64,000 nucleotides of DNA from a bacterium (GTDB taxonomy: Bacteria > UBP6 > UBA1177). Under the pieces are notes generated by a model, which made no database searches, had not been told where the DNA came from, and saw only the letters and a program-made list of their open reading frames with translations. The DNA is taken from the NCBI GenBank assembly GCA_017645765.1, contig JAGCNV010000077.1, positions 48,556 through 112,555 of the forward strand, given 5' to 3'. Below, piece after piece: positions 56,130 through 64,000 of the stretch (the first letter of the stretch is position 1; each line of letters opens with the position of its first letter). The position numbers were made by a program, and so were the translations under genes.

Positions 56130-56262
56130 TCCCGAATTTGTATTGATAAAAATCCTGAATTTGTATGGTTGAAAATCCTGAATTTGTATTGATAAAAATC
56201 CTGAATTTGTATGGTTGAAAATCCTGAATTTGTATTGATTAACTTGACAAATTTGTATTGAT
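56125..56262 (+). repeat. Six contiguous 23-bp tandem units (three 46-bp double units), (g/a)AAAATCCTGAATTTGTAT(tgat/ggtt)
   Basis: Units run 56125-47, 56148-70, 56171-93, 56194-216, 56217-39 and a degenerate 56240-62 (taacTTGACAaatttgtattgat). Confidence 0.85.
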
Positions 56263-56272
56263 GGATTATGTT
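56244..56272 (+). promoter_or_regulatory. Candidate promoter of ATPase 4 (TTGACA-17-TATGTT) embedded in the last repeat unit
   Basis: Hexamers read directly from the sequence. GGAGG lies 4-7 nt before GTG 56295 / ATG 56298. Confidence 0.4.
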
Positions 56273-56297
56273 TCTTTAGTCTTTTCCGGAGGTTGTG

Positions 56298-57575
56298 ATG
56301 GAAAGAAAAAATTACAAAGAACGAATCGTTGATGCAAAAGTTGAGGAGTATCTGGGAGCTGCCGGAGCGGTCTGCATTGAAGGTTGCAAATGGTGCGGAA
56401 AAACATGGACTTCGGAGCATCACAGCAAAAGTGCGGTCTATATCGGTGATCCTGCCGGAAACTATTCGAACAGGATCTTGGCACAGATTTCGCCGCTCAT
56501 GGTTCTTGATGGCGAAACGCCGCGCCTTATTGACGAATGGCAGGAAGTTCCGCCGCTTTGGGATGCTGTGAGAAATGTCGTTGACAAGCGTGCGCTCAAA
56601 GGCCAGTTCATTCTGACAGGTTCCGCTACACCGAACAGGGAAGGCAAAATGCACAGCGGCGCTGGGAGGATAGTACGTCTCAGAATGCGCCCGATGTCTT
56701 TGTTTGAATCCGGAGATTCTTCCGGGAAAATTTCGCTTTTTGACATTTGCAGCGGCAGATTCGCGAACGAACTCACCGGCGAAGTCGATCTTACCGAAAT
56801 CATTTATCTCATTCTGCGCGGCGGCTGGCCCGGTAATATCGGAGCCAAGGTAAATCAGGCTTCGATTATGGCGGAATCCTATATTCAGGCAGTTCTTGAC
56901 GAGGATATTGAAAGGATCGAAACCGCAAACCGCGACCGGACAAAAATGAGAAAACTTCTCCGTTCTCTCGCGAGGAATGAAAGTACAGTCGTTTCGCTCA
57001 GGACTTTGCAGAAAGACATCTTGGAGAAAGATGATTCCTCGTTGGAAACAGGAACGATTTCGGCATATCTGGAAGTTTTTGAAAAGTTGTTCCTTTTCGA
57101 CAATATCATGCCGTTTTCTTCAAATATCCGTTCTTCAATCCGTGTGAAACAGCAGGAAAAGCGCCATTTTGCAGATCCTTCTCTTGCTTGTTCGCTTCTT
57201 CGCGCTACTCCTGAAATTTTGCTTAAGGATTTGAATACATTGGGCTTTTTGTTTGAGGCAATGTGCGAAAGGGATCTTCGGATCTATGCGGATTCATTCG
57301 GTGGAAATCTTTATCACTATCAGGATTATTCAGGCAAAGAAATCGATGCAGTTGTCGAAATGCCTGACGGTTCGTGGAGTGCTGTAGAAATCAAGCTCGG
57401 AGCGCACCAGATTGATGAGGCGGCAAAGAATCTTCTTTTGATAAAAAAGAGTTTTCTTGCTGACAGAAACAGCAAAGCGCCATCCTCGCTGATCGTTGTC
57501 TGCGGGATGACCAACGCCGCGTATCTCCGTCCGGACGGGGTTTACGTTGTTCCGATTACGGCTCTGAAAAACTGA
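56298..57575 (+). CDS. AAA+ ATPase with DUF4143-type C-terminal domain, paralog 4
   Basis: Walker A IEGCKWCGKTW, Walker B RLIDEWQ, C-terminal KEIDAVVEMPDGSWSAVEIK. Confidence 0.75.
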   Translation: MERKNYKERIVDAKVEEYLGAAGAVCIEGCKWCGKTWTSEHHSKSAVYIGDPAGNYSNRILAQISPLMVLDGETPRLIDEWQEVPPLWDAVRNVVDKRALKGQFILTGSATPNREGKMHSGAGRIVRLRMRPMSLFESGDSSGKISLFDICSGRFANELTGEVDLTEIIYLILRGGWPGNIGAKVNQASIMAESYIQAVLDEDIERIETANRDRTKMRKLLRSLARNESTVVSLRTLQKDILEKDDSSLETGTISAYLEVFEKLFLFDNIMPFSSNIRSSIRVKQQEKRHFADPSLACSLLRATPEILLKDLNTLGFLFEAMCERDLRIYADSFGGNLYHYQDYSGKEIDAVVEMPDGSWSAVEIKLGAHQIDEAAKNLLLIKKSFLADRNSKAPSSLIVVCGMTNAAYLRPDGVYVVPITALKN

Positions 57576-57664
57576 GCCTGAGAAAATCCGCTTTCCTTGC
57601 CATTTTAGCCGAAATTCCTACAATATTATGTTTTTTTGTACTTTTAAGTTTTGTGTCTGCTGAT

Positions 57665-60463
57665 ATGAAAAAACTAATATTTTCAATAATTTTTCTTCTT
57701 TTCTCTTTCACTCTTTTTGCCGAGGAAGCTGTCACTTTTTCGAAATACGAGACTGAGCATCAGATCCTTTATTTTTCGTCGAATCTTGATCCTTCGGTGA
57801 TCGACCGCTTGATTGCCGATGCTGAGAGGTCGGAGGAGTTCATAAAAGCGCTTTACGGCTGGGTTCCGAAAAAAAAGATTGCCGTGGTTTACGACAGGGA
57901 GACCGACACGGCTAACGGCTGGTCGAATGCTGTTATGAAAAATTCAATATTTCTCTATATTTATCCGCCTGACAGATATTCGACGCTTTCAAGTTACAAA
58001 AATTGGGAATTCGGTCTGCATGTCCACGAATACACCCATTCGACACAGATAGGGCAGGCACGAGGATTTCCAAGAGTGATGAACCTCATTTTCGGTGATT
58101 TCTACTTCATCGGCGGAACGGTGCCGACCTGGATGATCGAAGGTGCGGCGGTTTACAGCGAAAGCATTTCGGAAGGAAAGGGAAGGCTTAACAGTCCGCT
58201 TTACAAAAAGTATCTCTATTCCTTTTTCGATGCGGGGACTGAGCTGAAACTGGGCGAACTTTCAGGCGTCACCGACCACTGGCTCGGCGGCAATCTGCCT
58301 TATCTTTACGGCACTTTTTTCTATGCATATCTCATCGATCATGTCGGTGCGGACGGGATGAAAAGGTTTTTCGAGGAACTGAGTGACGACTTTTTTCCGT
58401 TTCTTATGACACGCGCCGGAAAAATGGCTTTTCATAAGTCGATCTACGGCATGTACAAAGATTTTATAAAGGAAAACCGCGAAAAAGTTCAGAACGGAAA
58501 AAGTGCGAGAGCCTGGACGGAGAAGCGTTTTTCGAGAGTTTATGCCGACTTGCTCGGAGATGACTACAGATTTTTTGCAGCGAATCAGTCGGAAAGGGCG
58601 CTTTTCAGCTATGACGGGAAAAAGATCAATAAAATCAGTATGATGAGCTCGATAGATTCGTTCGCTGAAAAAGAGGGAAAAATTATTTTAACCCAGAGTG
58701 TGAAAAACGGCGGAAGGTTCGACCGTGCAGAACTTTTTTTAAAGAACAAAAATTCTGCGGTGCAGAAACTGACAGAAAACGGAAGCGTCCTCGAAGCATT
58801 TTTCGGGAAAAATGGCGACATATTTTTCACCTCTTTCCGCGACGGAATAAACCGTATAACTCGCATCGATTACAGTGGAAAAGTCCTGAAAGAATGGGAG
58901 TTTCCTGCGATAGATTCTATTTACAGCCTCACTTTTTCGCAAAACGGAAAAATTATGGCGTTCAGCGGAAACCGTTTTGAAAGCGAAAAAAATATTTTTC
59001 TTTTCAACATTGAAAGCGGTGAACTTAAGGAAATCGATATTTCAGGCGAGCAGTACAGTGTTTACTTTGAAAATGACAGCACATTGGTGTTTTCAAGCGA
59101 AAACGGAGCGAACATCACGCCGATGCGTCTTGATCTTGGCACAAACGAGGTCGTTAAGCTCTGCGAACCGCTTTATCCTGCGCTTTTCCCGAAAGTTCAG
59201 GGCAAAAAAGTCTATTATCTGACATTCGACAACGACGGTTACTATCCAGATTCCTGCGATATGAAAACGAACGGCAAAAATCTTTCTCTGGCAGTCGTTA
59301 AAGTGATCGAAAAAGGCGAAAAAGCCGAGTTGAAACACGAACTTTCAAAAGCGAAGTTTTACGAAGGAATGTTACCTGCGCTTTGGTATCCGCAGTTTTC
59401 CACCGATTTTGATATCTGGATGATCGGTGCGACCGTAATGGGAAAATCGAATGACCAGATGCGCTCCTACGACATAACCTACACAAAAACTTTCGGCGGA
59501 AGCGGCAGGCATTATGTGCTCCTTGATTACTACGATGATGCTCTTCTTCCGTCATTCCGCGCGTTTTTCAACTATTCAAACCAGACCGAAAATATTGATG
59601 ATCCCGATGTTTCGCGTGTTTTAACGAATCGTTTTATGCTCGGAGCCGCTTCAACAGGTGTTTTCACTCATCCTGCGGCGGGTGCGCTTGCTGATGTCGT
59701 TTCGGTCGGCCATTCTTTGGGCTGGAGTGCCGGAATAGGCGGAGTCGCAATGGATGTCAAAGAACCGAATGAGCCGCATCAGGAGAAGGCAAAAGACGAA
59801 GATGACGTGATTTTAAGTTTCGGTCTGAATTATACTTTCAACCTCAATTTCAATTCGTCGAGCCGTTTTTTAAGCGAGCCGATGAACAGCTTTTCGTTTT
59901 CGGCGCCGGTTGTTTTCTCAAAATTTTTCCTGACTAAACAGGAGGAGCTCGTTTTTGCGCCGCAGATAACTTTGAGTTTTCTTCTTTCGGAAACCGGGAA
60001 AATCGGTTTTGTGACGAAAAATTCGTTTTATATGCAGCTCTTTTCCGATGATGAAATCTCAATAAGCGGATCGGAAGAAAACTACAAAATAACAAATTTC
60101 AACAATTTTATCGGCAGAAATTCCTATTCGCTGCTTCTCCGCGGCTTCAACAATACAACGGCCGAAGGAAATCACGCCTTTTTATCGAGGAACGAACTTG
60201 TCTTTCACATCGTTTCCCTTGAAAGCAATCTCGGTGCGTTCCCGCTGATGTTCAGTAATATTCAGGGAGCAGTCTTCTTCGATGCCGGAACGGTTTCGGA
60301 CGATGTTTCGGTTTTCAAAGGTCATTTTTCGGCTTCAACAGGCTTTGAAATCAGGCTTCTGACTTACATTGTCTATCGTGCTCCGCTGATGTGGACTTTC
60401 GGAACGGGCTATGGTTTTACCGACGGACACGACGTCAGTTTCTATTTCAATCTGGGAATATAA
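57665..60463 (+). CDS. Large exported HExxH protein (putative zinc metallopeptidase) with beta-propeller-like middle region
   Basis: Signal peptide MKKLIFSIIFLLFSFTLFA. HVHEYTH motif. The middle part has TolB/WD40-like repeats (..NGKIMAFSGN.., ..TLVFSSENG..). The function is inferred only from these motifs. Confidence 0.5.
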   Translation: MKKLIFSIIFLLFSFTLFAEEAVTFSKYETEHQILYFSSNLDPSVIDRLIADAERSEEFIKALYGWVPKKKIAVVYDRETDTANGWSNAVMKNSIFLYIYPPDRYSTLSSYKNWEFGLHVHEYTHSTQIGQARGFPRVMNLIFGDFYFIGGTVPTWMIEGAAVYSESISEGKGRLNSPLYKKYLYSFFDAGTELKLGELSGVTDHWLGGNLPYLYGTFFYAYLIDHVGADGMKRFFEELSDDFFPFLMTRAGKMAFHKSIYGMYKDFIKENREKVQNGKSARAWTEKRFSRVYADLLGDDYRFFAANQSERALFSYDGKKINKISMMSSIDSFAEKEGKIILTQSVKNGGRFDRAELFLKNKNSAVQKLTENGSVLEAFFGKNGDIFFTSFRDGINRITRIDYSGKVLKEWEFPAIDSIYSLTFSQNGKIMAFSGNRFESEKNIFLFNIESGELKEIDISGEQYSVYFENDSTLVFSSENGANITPMRLDLGTNEVVKLCEPLYPALFPKVQGKKVYYLTFDNDGYYPDSCDMKTNGKNLSLAVVKVIEKGEKAELKHELSKAKFYEGMLPALWYPQFSTDFDIWMIGATVMGKSNDQMRSYDITYTKTFGGSGRHYVLLDYYDDALLPSFRAFFNYSNQTENIDDPDVSRVLTNRFMLGAASTGVFTHPAAGALADVVSVGHSLGWSAGIGGVAMDVKEPNEPHQEKAKDEDDVILSFGLNYTFNLNFNSSSRFLSEPMNSFSFSAPVVFSKFFLTKQEELVFAPQITLSFLLSETGKIGFVTKNSFYMQLFSDDEISISGSEENYKITNFNNFIGRNSYSLLLRGFNNTTAEGNHAFLSRNELVFHIVSLESNLGAFPLMFSNIQGAVFFDAGTVSDDVSVFKGHFSASTGFEIRLLTYIVYRAPLMWTFGTGYGFTDGHDVSFYFNLGI

Positions 60464-60568
60464 GACTTTACCTTATTCCTCTTCGTTGCGGCATGGGGAT
60501 TCTTGTATTCATTTTCTATGATTTTTTTTTAAATCTGCTATAATAATGCGTTTTTTGCGGAGGTGGTC

Positions 60569-61840
60569 ATGAAAAAAGTATTTTTCGCAACTTTTTTTGT
60601 TTTAGTTTTTTTGGTAGCGTGCAGTAATAACGGCAACAATGATATTTACAGCGGTTTAGAGGATGACGAAGAACCTTCTGAAACAACGGATAAAGATCAT
60701 GATGCGGCAGAACGTCCTGACGATGCGTCCAGACCAGGAGGCGGCGGAGGAAACGAAGGGGGAATTTCCGGCAGCACTGGTTCAAATGACAAAGACAGTG
60801 AGGAAAATGACGATGAAACGGATACTCCTGATGATGACGAAACTCAGGATTCCGGCGAAAATCAGCCCTCGGACACCGACAACGGCGAAAATCAGGACGA
60901 AAACACCGATGCTGACAACGGAAACGGCGAAAATAATGACGGAAATCAGGAAAAACCTGATGAAACCCCTGAAGGCGACGACGAAATCTATGCTCTGGAA
61001 CCTGATGTTGCTGCGTGTACTTCAGGTATTCCTTCCGACAGCGAAAAGCAGAAAGTCCTTGACAGACTCAACTATCTCCGCGCAATTCACAAGCTGAAAC
61101 CCGTTCAATACAATGATGCTTATGATGAAATTACCGGTGAATGCGCTCTCGTTATTGCGGCGAACAAAAATCTAAGCCATACTCCCGATAGTTCGTGGAA
61201 ATGCTGGTCACAGGTGGCTTACGACGGCTGTTATTCAAGCAATATAAGTCTGGCGACGGCAACGAATCAGGATCTTTCTTTAACAGACAGTGCGGAAATA
61301 ATTGATGGTTTTATGACTGAAGAAAATGAAGTGCCGCCGACGACGCTCGGACACAGACGCTGGTTTATCGATCCGTGGCTTAAAACCATAGCGTTCGGAC
61401 GTGCCGACTACTCCGACGGTGCAGGACATTTCGTTCTCGGTTCTGCGGTGAGAGTTATAAACAGAGACGATCCTGACGATCAGCAGGATATTTCCGATAC
61501 CGATATCAAGTTTGTTGCATATCCTTTTGAAAACTATCCGGCAGAGCTTTACAACGACAACGTCATGATGTCGTTTACCGTGATAAAGGACAAATTCAGC
61601 AAATATTCCAACGGAACGGGGATCACTTTTTCTACCGCAACGATCGCGATAGTCGATCAGAACAACAAAACTATGAAAGTTAAGAATATAGAGTTCGATA
61701 CTGACGGTTACGGTGTTCCCAACAATCTGCGCTGGTATGCCGAAGGGATCAAGCCGAACGTGAAGTATAACGTCACTGTTTCAAACGTTATGATCAACAA
61801 CAATTCGGAATTTTATCAATATTGGTTTGAGTTGAAGTAA
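60569..61840 (+). CDS. CAP/SCP (PR-1-like) domain lipoprotein with acidic low-complexity linker
   Basis: Lipobox LVAC. D/E/N/G-rich linker. CAP-type motifs ..LNYLRAIHKL.. and ..LGHRRWFIDPWL... Confidence 0.6.
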   Translation: MKKVFFATFFVLVFLVACSNNGNNDIYSGLEDDEEPSETTDKDHDAAERPDDASRPGGGGGNEGGISGSTGSNDKDSEENDDETDTPDDDETQDSGENQPSDTDNGENQDENTDADNGNGENNDGNQEKPDETPEGDDEIYALEPDVAACTSGIPSDSEKQKVLDRLNYLRAIHKLKPVQYNDAYDEITGECALVIAANKNLSHTPDSSWKCWSQVAYDGCYSSNISLATATNQDLSLTDSAEIIDGFMTEENEVPPTTLGHRRWFIDPWLKTIAFGRADYSDGAGHFVLGSAVRVINRDDPDDQQDISDTDIKFVAYPFENYPAELYNDNVMMSFTVIKDKFSKYSNGTGITFSTATIAIVDQNNKTMKVKNIEFDTDGYGVPNNLRWYAEGIKPNVKYNVTVSNVMINNNSEFYQYWFELK

Positions 61841-62718
61841 TGAGAAAAGTATTGTTTTTATTGAACTTAGTGCTCATTTTCGCCGTTTCGTGCGGAGAGA
61901 GTAAATCGACAGAAAAAAATCCTGTAAATGAAGGGAACATGTATGAAAGCAGTGATTCGGATTCAAATCCGACAAATCAGGGTGATTTAGCTGACACTCA
62001 CGAAGACACGGATCATGCGGATTCCGGTCAACCTTCTGACCAGGCAGAACCTACTACTGACCCTGCGGATCCGACCGAGCATGCAGATCCTTCGGAGGAA
62101 CCCGATTCTGACAAAAATCCTGACGAGTTTCAGGAACCGGAAGAACCTGTTGCCGAAAAATTCTGCCAGTATGCATGCACTACGGCTTCCGACTGCGTTA
62201 CAGTAGGAACGAATGCTGTATACGATGAAGACAACTTCAAGTGCGAAGGCGGCAAATGTATCTATCTCGGCTGTCTGAGCGATGCAGAATGTGATGAAGT
62301 CTATGGAGCTGTTACAGAGGCAACAGGCAGAGTTTACCGCTGCAACAAAAACGGTGCTTACGGTTATCCTGAATGCACGCCGACATGCTCGAAAACGGCG
62401 GACTGCAATCTTTACGGAGAAGGTTCTACGCAATATGCTTATGATCTGGACAACAACAAATGCGAAAACGGATTTTGCGTTTACACCGGATGCTTGAGTG
62501 ATGCTGAATGCGAAGCTACGACGTATTCAGACCTTTACAAGTGCCTTCCGCAGGAATATTCCGGAAAAACCTTGAAAGTATGCACTGTTGCATGCCAGAC
62601 TGCCGACGATTGCTCGAGTTCCGGTTTATACGAATGCAGGAATTCTTTATGCGTGATGAAAAGCTGCGAAAGCGACGAATGGTGCAGAAAATATGATGAA
62701 GACTATTCATGTTTTTAA
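61840..62718 (+). CDS. Lipoprotein with acidic linker and three Cys-rich repeats
   Basis: Lipobox AVSC. Three ~45-aa units share the pattern C..(A/T)C....DC......Y..DN.KCE.G.C.Y.GC.SD.EC. The ATG overlaps the stop of the previous gene. Confidence 0.6.
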   Translation: MRKVLFLLNLVLIFAVSCGESKSTEKNPVNEGNMYESSDSDSNPTNQGDLADTHEDTDHADSGQPSDQAEPTTDPADPTEHADPSEEPDSDKNPDEFQEPEEPVAEKFCQYACTTASDCVTVGTNAVYDEDNFKCEGGKCIYLGCLSDAECDEVYGAVTEATGRVYRCNKNGAYGYPECTPTCSKTADCNLYGEGSTQYAYDLDNNKCENGFCVYTGCLSDAECEATTYSDLYKCLPQEYSGKTLKVCTVACQTADDCSSSGLYECRNSLCVMKSCESDEWCRKYDEDYSCF

Positions 62719-62732
62719 TTTCGTGAGGATAG

Positions 62733-63491
62733 ATGAAAATTCTTTTTATTACCCAGGCTGCGAATGAGTTGACGGAAAATTCAAAATTTACTCATGATTT
62801 TATTAAAAAACTGGCTTCTGAAATAAATTCGCGTGAAGGTTTTTATGCTGAAATGCTCGATATTTCGGCTATTGATATTAAAAATCTTTCGATCCGCGAC
62901 ATTGAAAAACTATGCTCGGAAACAAAAACGGATATCAACTCTTTCGACGCTCTGCACACTTTTTCGTTTCTGCCGTTTGTCAACAGAGTTTTTTTCCGCC
63001 AGTTCGTTTTTTATTCGTTTGATTTCGATTTTAAGCGGGAATACGGCGGTCTGGTTGAAAACATCAACAATCTGAACTGTTCGCAGTGCAATGTTCTGAG
63101 TTTTTCGGCTGACGGACTCTGCGATTTTTATGAACACAGAGTTATCAACACAAAATCGTTTGACACTCGCCCGTGGGGATGGTGGAAGACTCTTGTAAAT
63201 GCTGAAGATTACAAGATAAAACATATATTTGTCGCGCCTCATCAGAAGCTGAGTCTTCAGACGCACGAGTTCAGAAGCGAAACCTGGATGATTGCAGAAG
63301 GAAGCGGTTTTGTCGTAATCGGAGAACGCAGATTCAAGGCTGAAAAAGGGCTTGTTTTCACGATTCAGAAACATGAAAAGCACCGAGCGGAAACAGAAGA
63401 TTCGTCAATGGTGATCGTTGAACTTCAGCTCGGAAGCTACCTTGGCGAAGACGATGTCAAAAGAATAGAAGATATTTACGGGAGAGTTTAA
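62733..63491 (+). CDS. Protein with C-terminal type II phosphomannose-isomerase cupin domain
   Basis: RPWGWWKTLVNAEDYKIKHIFVAPHQKLSLQTHEFRSETWMIAEG..VIVELQLGSYLGEDDVKRIEDIYGR matches the ManC C-terminal cupin. The ~130-aa N-terminus is unrecognised. Confidence 0.7.
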   Translation: MKILFITQAANELTENSKFTHDFIKKLASEINSREGFYAEMLDISAIDIKNLSIRDIEKLCSETKTDINSFDALHTFSFLPFVNRVFFRQFVFYSFDFDFKREYGGLVENINNLNCSQCNVLSFSADGLCDFYEHRVINTKSFDTRPWGWWKTLVNAEDYKIKHIFVAPHQKLSLQTHEFRSETWMIAEGSGFVVIGERRFKAEKGLVFTIQKHEKHRAETEDSSMVIVELQLGSYLGEDDVKRIEDIYGRV

Positions 63492-63493
63492 GC

Positions 63494-64000
63494 GTGAAAC
63501 TTTCTGTTGTTATAATGGCGGGCGGCAGCGGAAAAAGGTTCTGGCCGCTTTCGAGAGAGTCAAAGGCGAAACAGAGTCTTGCCCTTTTTTCGGAAAAGAC
63601 CCTTCTTGCCGAAACGATCGAAAGGATAATGCCGCTTGCAGAGGAAATCACGATAGTTTCTTCTCTTAAACAGCGTGCAGAAATCGAACGCGACGCCGAA
63701 AAATACGATAGAGTCAATGTTATTTACGAGCCTTGCGGAAAAAACACTGCACCGTGTATTCTTCTTTCACTTTTGGCAATAAAATCAAAATGCTGTGAAG
63801 ACAGAGCTGTGCTTGTTCTTCCTTCGGATCATTATGTGGCAAAGCCGGAAAAATTCAGGAAAACTGTCGAAAACGGGCTTGAATTTCTTGATAAACACAA
63901 AAATTATATCGGAACGATCGGAATAGAACCCGCTTATCCCGAAACAGGTTTCGGCTATATAAAAAAAGGGGAAATCGCTGGAAACGGGACTTTCGGAGTC
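63494..64000 (+). CDS. manC: Mannose-1-phosphate guanylyltransferase (nucleotidyltransferase domain), 3' end outside the window
   Basis: My own translation from the GTG at 63494 gives MKLSVVIMAGGSGKRFWPLSRESKAKQSL..LPSDHYV..PETGFGYI. The frame stays open to the window end, so it is not in the ORF track. Confidence 0.8.
   Translation, partial: MKLSVVIMAGGSGKRFWPLSRESKAKQSLALFSEKTLLAETIERIMPLAEEITIVSSLKQRAEIERDAEKYDRVNVIYEPCGKNTAPCILLSLLAIKSKCCEDRAVLVLPSDHYVAKPEKFRKTVENGLEFLDKHKNYIGTIGIEPAYPETGFGYIKKGEIAGNGTFGV

Noticed and set aside
56125-56262. Possible CRISPR array
   Set aside because: The 23-bp units are contiguous with no unique spacers, are much shorter than CRISPR repeats, and merge into a promoter. 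No cas genes are in the window.
16438-57652. Delimitable genomic island or mobile element (integrase, transposase, tRNA target, terminal repeats)
   Set aside because: I recognised no recombinase, transposase or tRNA gene. The only bracketing repeats are the internal RHS-core repeats and the 63-bp pair, so island borders cannot be supported.

Overview
This is a 64-kb bacterial chromosomal window. It has moderate A+T content, sigma70-like -35/-10 boxes and many lipoprotein-type signal peptides. I cannot fix the lineage from sequence alone; it looks like a Fibrobacterota- or Spirochaetota-type diderm. Ordinary genes frame two accessory regions: nadA, hydE-like radical SAM, MATE pump, DUF1846, DegT aminotransferase, a cyclase/STAND/TPR protein, glnS, a triple-DsbA lipoprotein, hpt, trmB, an AI-2E permease and split manC-like genes.

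(1) 16.6-37.7 kb is a 21-kb polymorphic-toxin locus. A 2700-aa RHS protein (Sec signal, EGF-like modules, LRR, YD repeats) is followed by three 5'-truncated orphan RHS C-termini, two tail-only mini-ORFs and five immunity-like genes. The immunity-like genes are a signal-peptide protein, two ankyrin proteins, a polytopic membrane protein and a WG-repeat lipoprotein. All six toxin 3' ends carry a conserved module placed after the variable toxin domain. That is not the textbook Rhs layout, and it is my main candidate for something undescribed.

(2) 37.7-40.5 kb and 53.3-57.6 kb hold four divergent AAA+ ATPase/DUF4143 paralogs with a D..ExK nuclease-like C-terminus. Each is preceded by copies of a TGA(C/A)TTTGT(A/G) motif, including 3 copies phased at 33 bp and a 6 x 23-bp tandem array. 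The second pair brackets a RelE/Phd toxin-antitoxin pair lying between 63-bp direct repeats.

I recognised no rRNA, tRNA, CRISPR, transposase, integrase or T6SS gene. Noncoding coordinates may be off by 1-2 nt because they were counted by eye.
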